Source: Octopus vulgaris
Taxonomy: Eukaryota
DNA length: 64,000 nt
Direction of reading: 5' to 3'
NCBI GenBank assembly: GCA_951406725.2
Contig: OX597814.1
Span: 193,502,001-193,566,000 of the forward strand
The position numbers and the translations under genes were made by a program. Positions 1 through 13,084 of this stretch are shown one piece after another. Position 1 is the stretch's first letter. Each line of letters opens with the position of its first letter. The notes under the pieces were generated by a model. That model saw nothing but the letters and a program-made list of their open reading frames with translations. It was not told the origin of the DNA and searched no databases.

Positions 1-47
1 TCAGAATGACTGAAGCGTGTAAAAGAATAAAAGAAAGCATATATATA

Positions 48-1370
48 GTATTAATTTGAAAGAGACAAGTTCCAGGGTCAATAATACTCCTAATCAAAGT
101 CGGATAAGTAATTGCATAAATACATATAGATAAATTAAGAAGTCCGAGCTGATGTGATAACAGTTCCCGATAATCCAAAAGAGAAGTCCTCAAATGAATT
201 CAATAAATAGAAAGAGTCTTACGGCCGTTTCCGAGAATGTGCGAAGAAGTGTGTAGGTAAGACCTTTTGAACTTCGGTAATCCACATATCCTCTATCAGA
301 GAATGTGTACGGATTTGGAATTTTTAAATAAAATCATAAAATTATTCGTGGGATTGTAAAAATATGCTTAAGAATATAGTTATTATATACAAATATAAAC
401 ATTTCATAAATTCCGGGATTCCATGTTGTTGGGCGAATGTTCATAGTGTAAGAAAAATTTCAAAAAAAAAAAAGATAAATAAATAAAACAAATTACGAGG
501 TTTATGAAATATGTGCTAATATAAACTAGGACGAGTTCAAAATTTGGTGGGATAAGATGATTAAAATGTATAGATAAAATAATGATTATACTGAGAAGAA
601 TTTAAAAGTAGAAAAGTACTTATGTCGACATGAAATCAAACACTCTGAGATCTTGTGTAAGAATAAAAAGAGTGGTTACCTAGTTACTTACACTTGGAAG
701 ACAATATGTAGAGTGTAGTCTTCAACTATCTAGAATAAAATCTACTGGGAGTTGTCGACTGTATTGTAGTTAATAGTGATAAATCTACTAAATTCTCAAT
801 ATACTGGAACCATATATCCAGCTTTATCTACACAAAAAGGTAGGGTGTAGGTTAGTAATAAGGGAATGCCTGATGGGAAAGGGGTGATAATTGGAAGAAA
901 GAAGGATAAGAAGGGCCATTTGGATTATTATGTTAAAGGGGCAGATAATGAAAAACCAAAGGGATAAGCAATATAAATTCAGAGAATAAGGGAGGTAGTA
1001 TATTATAACCTAGCAAATTTGTAATGTTAAAGCTAGAAAATTAAAATCAAGGCTAGAAGGCTAGAAATTAAATTCAAAATTTAATAACGGGATACTTTAA
1101 TGTATAAGAAAACATATATTAAAGCTTTTCATAAATATAGTGTATAGATCATGATAGACATATTCTCTAATGAATGTGTAACGGAATTAAATTATCAAAC
1201 AAATATAAACTTATAGTATACGTTAAACTAATATAAGAACTATTCGCTTCATTGCGGGTGGATAAATATAGGAAATCGTAAGAAATGGTATCCAATATAC
1301 GGGGTAGTAAAATTAGAGATATTTCAAAAGTATAAGGGAGTATGTTCAGATACAATATTTAATCAATATC
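48..1370 (-). mobile_element. AT-rich non-coding element with an HHR-like motif near its 3' end, probably a PLE 3' UTR
   Basis: Abuts a short (TA)n at 40-47 and carries an HHR-like motif at 216-303(-). The layout matches the PLE at 60167-61828. No coding remnant recognised. Bounded on the right by the Helitron at 1372. Confidence 0.4.
216..303 (-). ncRNA. Type-I hammerhead-like motif, variant core
   Basis: Minus strand reads tct-CTGATAGA-[long stem II]-G-GAAAC-GGCC-GTA-aga, with a palindromic stem III loop and a 3-bp stem I. Confidence 0.5.
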
Positions 1371-1391
1371 ATCTATATATATAAACTGAGG

Positions 1392-1452
<61 letters not shown>

Positions 1453-1580
1453 TGTGTGTGTGTGCGTGTGTGTGTGTGTGTAAACCCTGCAGAACTTCTG
1501 AAGTTCGCAATTGATTTTCTCGAAACTGAGAACATACATTACTTATGTTCCAGAAATGGTTTTAGACTCTTAAAATTTTC

Positions 1581-1846
1581 CACATAATGAGTAATGGGGC
1601 TCCTGGGGGGCAGAAAACCCCCTTTCTTGGGGTACGTACGATTGCCCGCATGGTCCACGCATTGCTTCTGTCCAAACTGGAAAAACAGCTACTGAAATGA
1701 TATAAGTAGGCTGTATTAAATGGACGAACCGATGTAGACTTCAAACTGCAATGTAGACTTCAAACTAAGTGGTAGCAATAATAGCCGGTTCCCATAGTCC
1801 CATTATTGGAATGAGAACTGTTTGGAACGCACTATGTTTATAATGA
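1581..1846 (+). repeat. ~265-bp segment duplicated at 4398-4662
   Basis: Near-identical sequence CACATAATGAGTAATGGGGCTCC...CACTATGTTTATAATGA at both sites; this explains the twin ORFs 1562-1744 and 4366-4560. Confidence 0.9.
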
Positions 1847-2515
1847 AAAATATGCTAAAATATGTTAAATCCTGAGCAACTATTTTCTTTTAGCTTCAGT
1901 ATCAAAGTCTTCCTTCTAAGCATAGATGAAGCCCATACAAATATTCTTCAGCTATTGGTTACAAACCAAAATATTGCATGTACATTAACCTACTAATTTA
2001 TTGTGACTAAGGCCCAACCACGTTAGTGAGAGACAGTGTCCTTAACGCGACACTGCATGTCCGGACGCTACATGCAGAATTGTTTTCGTTTGGGAGCTGA
2101 GTTGTCCTCACAATGGTTGAATATTGTTTATCTGAAGGAATGCATGGTTGAGCCACGACTATTGATTCCCAACCACATCAGCAACCCAACGTCACACGAC
2201 CCAACCACGTTTGTTCGAGACTGTGTCCTTAATGTGACCTTGCGTACCCGGACGCTGCATGCAGAACTGTTTTCGTTTGGGAGCTGAGTTGTCCTCATAA
2301 TGGTCGCAAGTTGTTTACGCTAAGGAGTTGAGCCATGACTATTGATTCCAAACCGAAATATTACATGGCAGTGTTGTTTTCAAGCGCTTCCTTGCCATCC
2401 CAACCTTACCACGTCATTTCTTTCATGTAGATTTCTCTCATGTGGTGCTGTTAAGCGCGCCCACAGGCTTAGTTCATCACATAGATGTAGTTCTATATCT
2501 GCTGATTGTTCAGCG

Positions 2516-2734
2516 CAGTGCTTTTCAAACTTTTTGCTGGAGCGGAACCCCAAGGAAACATTCCACTGGCTCGGGGAACCCCTGTGCAATAATTTAATAG
2601 TCTTATGCACACATATCTGCACAGAAGAATTTAAAATTACTGCCGATTTTAGCAGTTTTGTAACTTCTTGCGGAACCCCTGGACTGTACTGGCGGAACCC
2701 TAAGGTTCCGAGGAACCCTGGTTGAAAACCACCG
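2516..2734. mobile_element. hAT (Charlie-like) MITE nested in the Helitron
   Basis: TIRs CAGTGCTTTTCAA / TTGAAAACCACCG, with a perfect 8-bp TSD GTTCAGCG at 2508-2515 and 2735-2742. Confidence 0.85.
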
Positions 2735-5700
2735 GTTCAGCGTGATAGCGGCAATGCCGACAGCCGCAATGGAGAGTATATCCACTGAAAGTTTTTTGGT
2801 GCGCTCAAAAATCACATACCCCACCCACTTTTCAATGACAAGGTTAGGGCATGGAATCTTCCAAAGAGACGCATGACATCTCACTTAGTCGAAGTAGCCC
2901 TTCATTTACTCCACAAATGTTTTGTTGTCAATGCTGCACTTCCCCATATCACATGTTTCAACTTAATTGTACCATATATACAAACTATGCCATTTAAATC
3001 CCGAGGAACGCCGGGTATGACTGCTAGTTAATAATTATAAAGGGTATGAAGACTTGTACAACCACAAAGCTTAATTTATAGTTATATACAACATACTTTA
3101 ATGACCTACACGTGTTTCCGTTGCTGAGTCAATAACAATAGCTATTCTATTGACTGGGAACTAATTAGTACTACTAAGCCTTATCAAAAAATTGATGCGA
3201 CTTTCGCGCAGAGGAGCTTTACCAAATATTTACATCAAAATGCACATTAATTAATACAAGGATCCATTCTTTCTCATTCACAAAAGGAGCCCCCACCCCT
3301 AAATTTTGCTTAGATTGCTTTCAATTTTGGTGTATCGATGTAATTCTGAATTTTGATCACGATTAACCAATTACTTTATCTCATAAATTAAAGAATCAGG
3401 TTGTTAGTTGGCATTAAAGTTGAGAAGTTTGGGTAATTTTAGCCAATCAACAGACGGCGTGGCATTAGCAACTTGTTACCATGTCAACTACACGCTGTGT
3501 TGTGGTTGACTGTTATCTGTGCCGCCGTTGTCTATGGCGATTTTTACACACTTAATTATTCACATTACAAGATTCATTTCCCCCGAGTGTTTTGTTTTAA
3601 TTTTTCTGTGTGTGTATATTACATAATTTTCTGTGCTTCAGTGTGTTAGTATTTTTCTGTGATTTTTTTTCTGTTAGTATTTTTTGTGTGTTAGTATTTT
3701 TACATATTTCTTATTTCATATATTTTTGGGACTCATTGACACAGATAGCTGAATTTATGATTTCACTAGGTTAATTCTGTTCATAAAAATTTTAATTAGG
3801 AGTATTTCTTAAACCGTTAGCTTCACATCTCAACAGCTAAACTGAAATTTAACCCACGCAACAGGAACTGAGAGGGATATCGTGGAACAGAGAAACTGTG
3901 GATGACACATAATTTGACGTTAATTTTGAATTCTGCATGCAAAAACGTATGATACAGGTATTCTTTTCTTTGGGTCAAATTCTTTGTTGACCAGTGTTAT
4001 TCTTATCGTAGTTAACAAATCCAAGCATCAAAACGTTACTCAACTTTGGAGTTTTGGAGACAGACGCTCCCTTCACACACACACACACATGAATGCATAA
4101 ATGAACACATAAACTTATATATGAATACATACATTCACATGCACTTATATATTAATGATGTACACAAATACATGACAGGTATACATAATACTGAAGTACG
4201 CATAAAGTAAACACATTCAGACAAATGTATTAATATAACAAATTTAAAAAAATAATATTACCAATCAATGAAGAAACAAGAGAAACAGTAAGATGATGTA
4301 CGTTGATTTTATTAGGTATTTCTGTTTATTTAGAAACCTACAATGAACAGGTCAGACGCTAAACTCTAAATTTCACAGGGTACAACCTCAAAGCTCTCAC
4401 ATAATGAGTAATGGGGCTCCTGGGGGCAGAAAATCCCCTTTCTTGGGGTACGTACGATTGACCGCATGGTCCACGCATTGCTTCTGTCCAAACTGGAAAA
4501 ACAGCTACTGAAATGATATAAGTAGGCTGTATTAAATGGACGAACCGATGTAGACTTCAAACTGCAATGTAGACTTCAAACTAAGTGGTAGCAATAATAG
4601 CCGGTTCCCATAGTCCCATTATTGGGAAGAGAACTGTTTGGAACGCACTATGTTTATAATGACTTTTCTGTCTCGCTATTGGATAAAAAGTACAATTTTT
4701 TTAATATTTAAACCTCTGTAACTTTTTTTCTCAAATTTTTTTTCTCCACAGCATCATACCTTCAAAACAAAGAGACTGGAAGGCTACATTATTATAGCAG
4801 GTTTTCAGATTTTTTACTTCCTTTTAAAAAATACATATTTTGCGAATGAAAAAAACTAGATCCAATATAAGTTACGAACAAGCCCTTTGGTGTTTACAGA
4901 CGCACGGTTGAACCTTTAAGAGATATAAAGACAATTCTAGGCAGCCAACGCCCTAGAAATAATCGGGTTTGACCTAAACATAAAAATATTTAACAACCAT
5001 CATTAATAAAAAAAATCCCCTACACAATGTACGATACAAATAATGAGTAGCCCAACCAATAAGTTAATACAACCAAAGAACCCTTCAATGCAGACACTAC
5101 ACTGGGAATCAAAAATAACACTTACAACCATTAAAACGAACAAAAAGCTTTACAAAAGCAACAATCTCGGCCATAACCTATTTTGAGACCAAACCCTAAC
5201 TTCGGTCAACGACTGGGGGGAAGCTGAGGTCAACAGCACATACCTATAAATAACAACACTCCCCACTTCCCATTTTGTGAATGTAAAATGTTCCATACTC
5301 TTTATTATTGTTAACCATGATCAGCAAGGTGGTTCTCCCAGAGTGAGGCCCTTCCATTGCACTCCGGTTGGGTTGACCTTTGCGATCGCCCCAAATGTGG
5401 GCGACTCGGGTGCGCTATTTCTAAGTGTGGGGTCTGCGTTCGCGCTCACCTCGGAAATCAAACAAAGAACAGATTATTATTATTATTAATTTTAATATAC
5501 ATTCCAGACAACTTTTACTGTCCAACGGAGAATTCACGAATTATCTATCGGAAGAATTCACGGAATGACTAACAACTAAAGGTAGACACAGACGTCAGAT
5601 ACTGATCGCTGTGGTTAGCCGTTAACTGGAACTTAATTGAGAGCTAATAGGGTGTCTACCCGTATAATATATCCCGCCAAACCTATTTGTGTGTGTGTGT

Positions 5701-6289
5701 GTGTTTGTGTGTGTGTGTATGTGTGTGTGTCCACCCAACCGCGTGACAGCTGGTGCTGGTCTGTTTATGTCTCCGTAACGGAGCGGTTCGACAAAAATGA
5801 CCGATAGAATAAGTACTAGGCTTTTTAAAAACATAAGTATTGCGATCAATTCGATCGACTAAAATTCTTCAATTCTTGAAACATTCCAGCATGGCCGCAG
5901 TCTAATGACTGGAACAAATAAAAGATAAAAAAATATTAAAAAAAGCTATGTATTTAATACAGCTGAAAGTAGAGACGTTAACAGGATACTAAAAATGAAA
6001 GGAAGCGAAAACCAGCAAAAGAATTTCCGCAGCTGCCAGACAAGACAAGACTTATGAATGAATGCATCGGCACTTTCATTATCGCTGGTATTTTTTTGTC
6101 AATGATTGGTCTTTACGATAGGGGTAAACACATTACTACGTCAATGAATCGGATTCGTGAAATTAAGTCAATAGACCAACTAGAATAACCACACAAAGAA
6201 CTTCTATGTTGCCATTTATGTTTTAAGTGAACCTAGTTACTTTCCACTCAAACTGAAACAACAAAGAGATAAAAGGCTGAAGTAAATTA

Positions 6290-6635
6290 GGTGTAGGCGT
6301 GCCTGTGTGGTAAGAAGTTTGCTTCCCAACCACATGGTTTCGGGTTCAGTCCCACTGCATGGTATTTTAGGCTAATGTGTTTTACGATAGCCCCGGGCCT
6401 ATCAAAGTCATGTGGGTTGACATGGTATACAGAAATTCAAAGAAGCTCGTCACATATACACATAAATGTGTTTGTGTGTTTTTCCCCACAACCAATTGAC
6501 AACCGGTTTTGTTTATTTACGTACATCAACTTAGCGGTTCAGTTGGGGTCGATTTGTTCGACTAAGCTGACAGAACCCTTCATGACAGTGCCCCAGCATA
6601 GCAGCAGTTTAATAAATGAAACAAGTAAAAGATAA
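6290..6635 (+). mobile_element. tRNA-derived SINE, family A (diverged copy)
   Basis: A-box/B-box-like head (TGTGTGGTAAG...GGGTTCAGTCCC) and tail GAAACAAGTAAAAGA shared with 52006-52427. Confidence 0.75.
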
Positions 6636-6688
6636 CTGGTTAAAATTAACGGAAACCTCTCCTCCATTCTCGTATATATATATATATA

Positions 6689-6871
6689 TGTAGATATAAT
6701 CTGTGACAATTATTCGGTAGCCATGATAAAACTCTGAGTTTCGGATGTCGGGCCGCCATCTCTTCAGTTATCGGGCCATCGAAAAAATGCCGTGGAAATG
6801 ACCGTTAAACAAAGGGAAATTACGTTATTAAGACAAAGGAGCTATTAGGATGACCGGTCATTCTAATAGCT
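6689..6871 (-). mobile_element. Mini-element family M3 with HHR and terminal palindrome
   Basis: (TA)n on both sides, HHR at 6725-6772(-) and a 32-bp palindrome at 6840-6871. Near-identical copy at 9251-9448. Confidence 0.7.
6725..6772 (-). ncRNA. Type-I hammerhead ribozyme motif, canonical core
   Basis: gataa-CTGAAGA-GATGGCggcccGACATC-C-GAAAC-TCAGA-GTT-ttatc, with a 5-bp stem I, a GATG/CATC stem II and a GUU triplet. Confidence 0.7.
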
Positions 6872-7230
6872 ATATATATATATATTCTTTATAAGCATTG
6901 AGAGCACTGGCCCACAGTTCTACATGAATATACATACATATATTTTTAAGTGCTGACAAGGCAACAGTATTTCGTTTTGTAATCATGATACGCTACTAAG
7001 TATATTACAGTTTTGTAAATCAATATTGTCTCTTACTGCGTGTGAACAGTGCTTTATTTCGTTTTCTAGTTTAACTCTATAGATTTTCAAAATGAAATTG
7101 AAACACTGTTAACAGATACCAAGACACGGCATTGAACTATAAACCAATGGTATACTTGGTTTATTATGGATACAAAACGAAATGCTGCTAACTTGCTGCT
7201 AACTTGCAGACACAGACAGACATTAAAAAT

Positions 7231-7271
<41 letters not shown>

Positions 7272-7487
7272 AATTAAGGACTGAACACGAAAAGTGGACA
7301 GTCAACATGCTAGATATAGACGTCAAATCGCCATTCTCCACAAAAGATTATGTTCTCAAATCAAACTCAGCACAAAACCAAAGCAATAAATTGGTATATA
7401 TAAATATTTTAATCTTCGGATTCTTTTTTAATATGCTAGACCACTGGTTTTAATTGATAAATATTAATTTCTACCCTTAATTAATTT

Positions 7488-7581
<94 letters not shown>

Positions 7582-7784
7582 GTATAAAGGATAGTGGGTA
7601 AGGCCAGAACAATGCGAAGTAAATGCAAGGTAAATCACAAGAAAACAAATATATGAATTAATGTAGATTTACTTGTATTCAATATTTCGGGTTTATGACC
7701 CACGCACATCGGCAACATTCGTTTAATTTCTTGAAAATGGGGTCATAACCTCGAATTATCGATTACAAAGTAAGTCTACATTAA

Positions 7785-8130
7785 TCTCTATATATATAAA
7801 ACTGAGAATGTGTGTCTGTCTGTCTGTCTGTGTGTTTCCCTAAAACTTGAGAACAACACAACTAATTTCATTCAAATTTTACACGTGCCTTACTTAGGGT
7901 CCGAGGAGTGTCATCGGCAAAATTTTTAACTTTTTGCCTGGGGCGAGCCCACAGCAATATCATATCTTCTCCACTACGATTCCCTAAAACTTGAGAACTA
8001 CACAACCAATTTCATTTAAATTTTACACATGCCCTACTTAAGGTCCATGTAGTTTCATGGGCAAAAAAAGTGTTCGACTTCTTGCCTAGGGCGAGCCCAT
8101 AGCAATATCATATCCTCTCCACTATTTCAG
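7785..8130 (+). mobile_element. Helitron 5' fragment
   Basis: Start TCTCTATATATATAAAACTGAGAATGTGTG resembles the 5' end at 1372. Internal ~140-bp tandem duplication (7837-8122). No 3' hairpin/CTAG found. Confidence 0.5.
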
Positions 8131-9091
8131 TATTACGTGTTAAAAGTGAAACAAAAACATTCCTCTATTTTATGTCAGATATTTTCACTTTAACAATAAA
8201 AATTAGGGATAATAATAACAATATAATTAAATGTAGTAAGTAATAATTAAAATCAAACTAAAGTATAATATAATCGTAACATAACAAAAGTAAAAATAGC
8301 AATTGGTATAAAATTGCATCAATGACTTGAACTTGAATTAGTGGTTTCACGTGAATGTGAATAAATAAAAAATAAAATGTAAGTGCAGAAATGGAATAGT
8401 CCAGATGGAGCTGCGCACATACCGATTACCACGGGTTTTACATTAAATTATCTGCTAATTAGCTAGCATTAAGTATCTATATGAAGGTTGGCTGTATGTA
8501 AAGTCTGTTTTCTCGAACTTCTACTGAGTACTGCTGTTGGTTTATTTCTTACACATAAAGGACTACCTACCTACCTACCTACTTATCTATCTATCTACCA
8601 AGCTTCCAATTCTGTGCTACGTCATAGCCAAGCTCCCAGTACTGTATTACGTCAACGCGAAAGTACTTAACTCTCAAATGCCCAGTCCACCTGGTTATAC
8701 TCGTCAATAGTGGTACAGTAAATCAAACCCTATCTATTGAAGCTCTTGGAACTTCAAGTCAGCCAAGTGGTAGCATCACTACTCAGAGAATGGCATGAGG
8801 TACAATTGATCAGTATCAATTAGTAAAGTACAATTGGTTATTATATGTTAGAGATGTACAATCGGTCATTTTATGTTGCTGCGGTGCAGTTAGAATTTAC
8901 AAGTCGGTGTATGATATAGAGTAGAGCTGGTCAGTTTGTGTTATTAAAATACTAATGGTCAGTAAGTGTCCTATCCAGGGATCTATCCAAACTGGACAGA
9001 TATTTCCATAGGCATCAACATTAACTTTCTCACACCTAACGCCTGTAGGTTCTGAAAATGTAATCTCAAATAAAGTGCACTACATATTCAA

Positions 9092-9160
9092 AGCTCTGAT
9101 GAAGCTATAGGAACTCAACATGGTATCCACCACATCTCATAGCAGAAACAGATGCAAGCT
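9092..9160 (+). ncRNA. Degenerate hammerhead-like motif
   Basis: agct-CTGATGA-A-GCTAT...ATAGC-A-GAAAC-AGAT-GCA-agct. Stems I and II are intact but the cleavage triplet is mutated. Confidence 0.45.
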
Positions 9161-9215
9161 GATGAAGTTCACGACATAACTTTTTTTCCGGTGTCATCCA
9201 TTTGTTCCTATGTAT

Positions 9216-9446
9216 ATGGCTCAGTGGTTAGAGTTATATATATATATATAACTGTAGATATAATCTGTGACAATTATTCGGTAGCCATGATAAAACTCTG
9301 AGTTTCGGATGTCGGGCCGCCATCTCTTCAGTTATCGGGCCATCGAAAAAATGCCGTGGAAATGACCGTTAAACAAAGGGAAATTACTGTGTGATTGACC
9401 GTTATTAAGACAAAGGAGCTATTAGGATGACCGGTCATTCTAATAG

Positions 9447-9484
<38 letters not shown>

Positions 9485-9795
9485 CCGTTAAACAAAGGGA
9501 AATTACTGTGTGATTGACCGTTATTAAAACAAAGGAGCTATTAGGATGACCGGTCTAATTAGATCGTGAGGTTGTGAGCTCGAATCCCGAACCGGGTTGC
9601 GTGTTATGTTCTTGAGCAAGACACTTTATTACAAGTTGCTCCAGTTCACGCAGCTATAGAAATGAGCTGCGATGTCACAGGTGCCAAGCTGTATCGGCCT
9701 TTGCCTTTCCCTTGGATAACAATGGTGGTGTGGAGAGGGGAGGCCGGTATGCATGGGCGACTGCTAGCCTTCCGCAAACAACCTTGCCCGGACTT
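9216..9795 (+). mobile_element. tRNA-derived SINE, family D, split by an M3 insertion
   Basis: ATGGCTCAGTGGTTAGAG (9216-9233) resumes at ~9559 as TTAGATCGTGAGGTTGTG, colinear with 63699-64000. Confidence 0.75.
9289..9336 (-). ncRNA. Type-I hammerhead ribozyme motif (M3 copy 2)
   Basis: Identical to 6725-6772. Confidence 0.7.
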
Positions 9796-9869
9796 CTTCT
9801 ATTATGTAATGATATATGAAATGTTGTGTACTCTTTCCATTTCGGAACGTGATACTGTCATCTGTTTAT

Positions 9870-10425
9870 TCTTTTCTGCTCTCGACATAAGTCCTGAAAT
9901 TTTGGGAGCAGGGGCCAGTCGATTAGATCGACCCAAGTACGCAACTGTTACTCAATTTATCGACCCCAAAAGGATGAAAGGCAAAGTCGAACTCGGAGGA
10001 ATTTGAACTCAGAATGTAAGAACAGACGAAATACCTATTTCTTTACTACCCACAAGGAGCTAAACAAAGAGAGGATAAACAAGGAAAGACAAACGGATTA
10101 AGTCGATCATATCGACCCCAGTGCGTAACTGGTACTTAATTTATCGACCCCGAAAGGATTAAAGGCAAAGTCGACCTCGGCGGAATTTGAATTCAGAACG
10201 TAACGGCAGACGAAATACCTATTTCTTTTACTACCCACAAGGGGCTAAACACAGAGGGGACAGACAAACGGATTAAGTCGATTATATCAACACCAGTGCG
10301 TAACTGGTACTTACTTAATCGACCCCGAAAGGATGAAAGGCAAAGTCGACCTCGACGGAATTTGAACAGACGAAAGAACAGACGTAAGAACAGACGAAAT
10401 ACCGCTAAGTATTTCACCCAGCGCA
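9870..10425 (-). mobile_element. SINE family B with tandemly repeated internal module
   Basis: Three iterations of CGACCCCGAAAGGATGAAAGGCAAAGTCGACCTCGGCGGAATTTGAAC, the reverse complement of the 27001-27617 module. Confidence 0.75.
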
Positions 10426-11307
10426 AAATTTCAGGTCTTGTGCCTATAGTAGAAAGAATATTCCTTCATTTTAACGGCAGGAAAGTGGCAAAATCATTAG
10501 CACGAATAAAAGTTTAGATGCTTTTCTACTGCTCTTTACGCTTTGAGTTCAAATTCTGTTGAAGTCTACTTAGCCATTTCTCCTTTCGAGGTCGATAAAG
10601 TAAGTGCAATTTAAGAACTGACATTCCTCTTCCTCTCAAAATTGCTGGCGTTGTGTCAAAATTTAAAAAAAATATTTCTTCATTTGTAGGCATAGCATGG
10701 CTGAATGGTTAATAAGTTCGCAACCACGAGGTTCCGGGTTCGATCCCAATTTATGGGATCCTATTCAGATCTCATTTTTCGTTGCCTCACATCAAGCCAC
10801 ACCTCGGCTGAATCATATCTGCAATTGCAAAGGTGTAGCGTTGTTATACATTATATCTTGTTAGTTCTGCCTCAGAATTACGTTCTACGTAAAAATTCCA
10901 ATGGAATACACAGTTTATACACTAATCCAGGAAAAGGTAATTCAGTTGCTCGAACTACCGCATCCTCTTCGTCGAACGACGAAGATCCGGAGTTCCTTCA
11001 TTCATTTCTCCCGCTTTTCTATCCCTCTTTCGTAGCTACGTCTTTCATTCACTTCCTCTATCCGGTTGTCCCACGCACTCCTTTTTCCTCCTCTTCGGTT
11101 CCTTAACACATTTACATCCGTCTTATGTGCGTATGTGTGTGTATGTGCATGTGTGTGTGCATGTGTGTGTGTGTGTGTGTGAGTGTGTGTGTGTATGTGT
11201 ACAGACAAAAAGATTGAACAAGACAGATTGATACAAACACAATCACACAAAGGCACACATACGTATAGAGTTGGTAAAACAAACATGATAAACACAACTT
11301 ATATATA

Positions 11308-11374
<67 letters not shown>

Positions 11375-11997
11375 CGCACACGTACATACGTACATACATA
11401 CATGCACATACACATACGCACAAACATATGTATATATAAATATTTATATATATATATATATATATATAGTATATATAATAGTGTACATTTAAACACAAGA
11501 GAAATTACCTTTAACAGGTAATTTTACACGCTAAAAGAAGCAGTCAAAACGACCGAAACCACATTTAAGAGCAATTTCGAAGGGAGTGAAAAATAAAAAC
11601 TTTTACTTCGTTATTTTTTTTACAGTTATAACTAGATTTAAAATTTTTTTTAGCAAATAAAATAATTTGCCAGGCGAAATTCTCCTCATTAACCGCGTCA
11701 TAACATTGATGTATAATTTAGAGACAAATAACACGTGCCTCACATTATATGTTATAATTTTTCAAATTCACCGCGCAAGCGCAGTTTCAGTCGGCAGTAA
11801 ATTAAATAGTTTCTCTTGTGTTTAAATGTACACTATTTTATATTGAGAATATGTTGTCTGTTGACTTTTTATACATGCTAGGCCACTGGCAGTGAAATTT
11901 CTATAAATATTCGCAACCCTATATATTTTATGTATATGATTTTAACTTTTCGAAGATCGGTTCGGCATTTTCATTACTGCATACATATATGATTTGA

Positions 11998-12230
11998 TTT
12001 GACGTTTGGTGCATGAGGGAGTTTGACGCCGCTGCCTTCATCTGCACTTCCTGCTATGAAGTTGGTTCATCTGCGACACTTGACAGTAAGAGGTCTAGTT
12101 TCGTAGGTCTCTCAGGTACTTTGGGGGGGGGTATTGAAGAGCTGTGGGTTTTTAAAGCCAAGGTTGTTGCAATACTTTGTCCTATATCTTGATGGCAAAT
12201 TTGAAGTCTTTGGCACTATTCAGTGGCGCC
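11998..12230 (-). mobile_element. CR1/L2-like LINE 3' fragment
   Basis: Minus strand gives YCNNLGFKNPQLFN...KLDLLLSSVADEP, homologous to 15090-15330. Confidence 0.55.
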
Positions 12231-12837
12231 TTGTTCTTTGCCTTTCATCCTTTCGGGGTCGATAAATTAAGTACCAGTTGCGTACTGGGGTCGATCTAAT
12301 CGACTGGCTTCCTCCCCCAAAATTTCGGGATTTGTGCCTAGAGTAGAAAAGAATATTTGTTCATACAGTATTATCTGATTTGCGTCTCATTTTAGATGTT
12401 AAATATTTATGGATATTGCAACACTATGTCATTTCCTGTTTTAATCTTGACAATATGATTTTCGTTTCTTTTTTTTTTTAAAGATGTTATTAAAATATAA
12501 GTATCTCACTAGTTTAAGCACATTCACATAGAATTCAAAACTTTTAAAAACACATTGCACCGCCATAGCCCCCCTCGAAACATTTACAGCCTTTCTAGTG
12601 AATCTACAACGCCACTAAGGAGGCGCTCCTAGTCAGCTTAAGAATCACTGGGCTAGACGTTGTCTCAGCTCATGGGTTTGCTCAACAAGGCTCACACACA
12701 CACACCATAGGGAACTCTCACCCTTCCTGTCAAGAGATGATTCTTTCATTCATTCCTTGCTTACAATCCAGTTTTAATTCATATTAATTTACATATCAGC
12801 ATTGTCCTTTTTTCGACTAGATTTTATAATTTCCTGG

Positions 12838-13084
12838 GATCACCAAGCATAGATTGACATATTTTGGTCATATTATGCGGAGAAAATCCCTGGAGAAGGA
12901 CATCATGCTCGGAATGGTCAGTGGCAAGAGAGGAAGAGGCCAACCAAGAACCCACTAGCTTGACACCATCAAGAGTGATACGGGAATGGACATAGCCAAT
13001 CTGAAAGAAGCGGCCCAGGACAGAACTGGCTGGAGGACACTGATCCATCGAGTAACCGAGAGTCGACTTCGACTGAGCGGATAG
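12838..13084 (+). pseudogene. RTE/BovB-type LINE ORF C-terminus
   Basis: Translates ITKHRLTYFGHIMRRKSLEKDIMLGMVSGKRGRGQPRTH*LDTIK...AAQDRTGWRTLIHRVTESRLRLSG*, followed by a short (ATAG)n tail. Confidence 0.85.

Larger units (their letters stand above)
1372..3027 (+). mobile_element. Non-autonomous Helitron
   Basis: Starts TC (1372) after an A and ends CTAG (3024-3027) before a T. Subterminal hairpin CCCG-aggaacgc-CGGG at 3000-3015. Contains (TG)n and a ~180-bp tandem duplication (~2020-2360). Confidence 0.8.

Noticed and set aside
9960-10370. Regularly spaced repeats that could suggest a CRISPR array (also 27050-27520)
   Set aside because: The units are ~185-bp tandem SINE B modules with homologous spacers, in a eukaryotic context with no cas genes.
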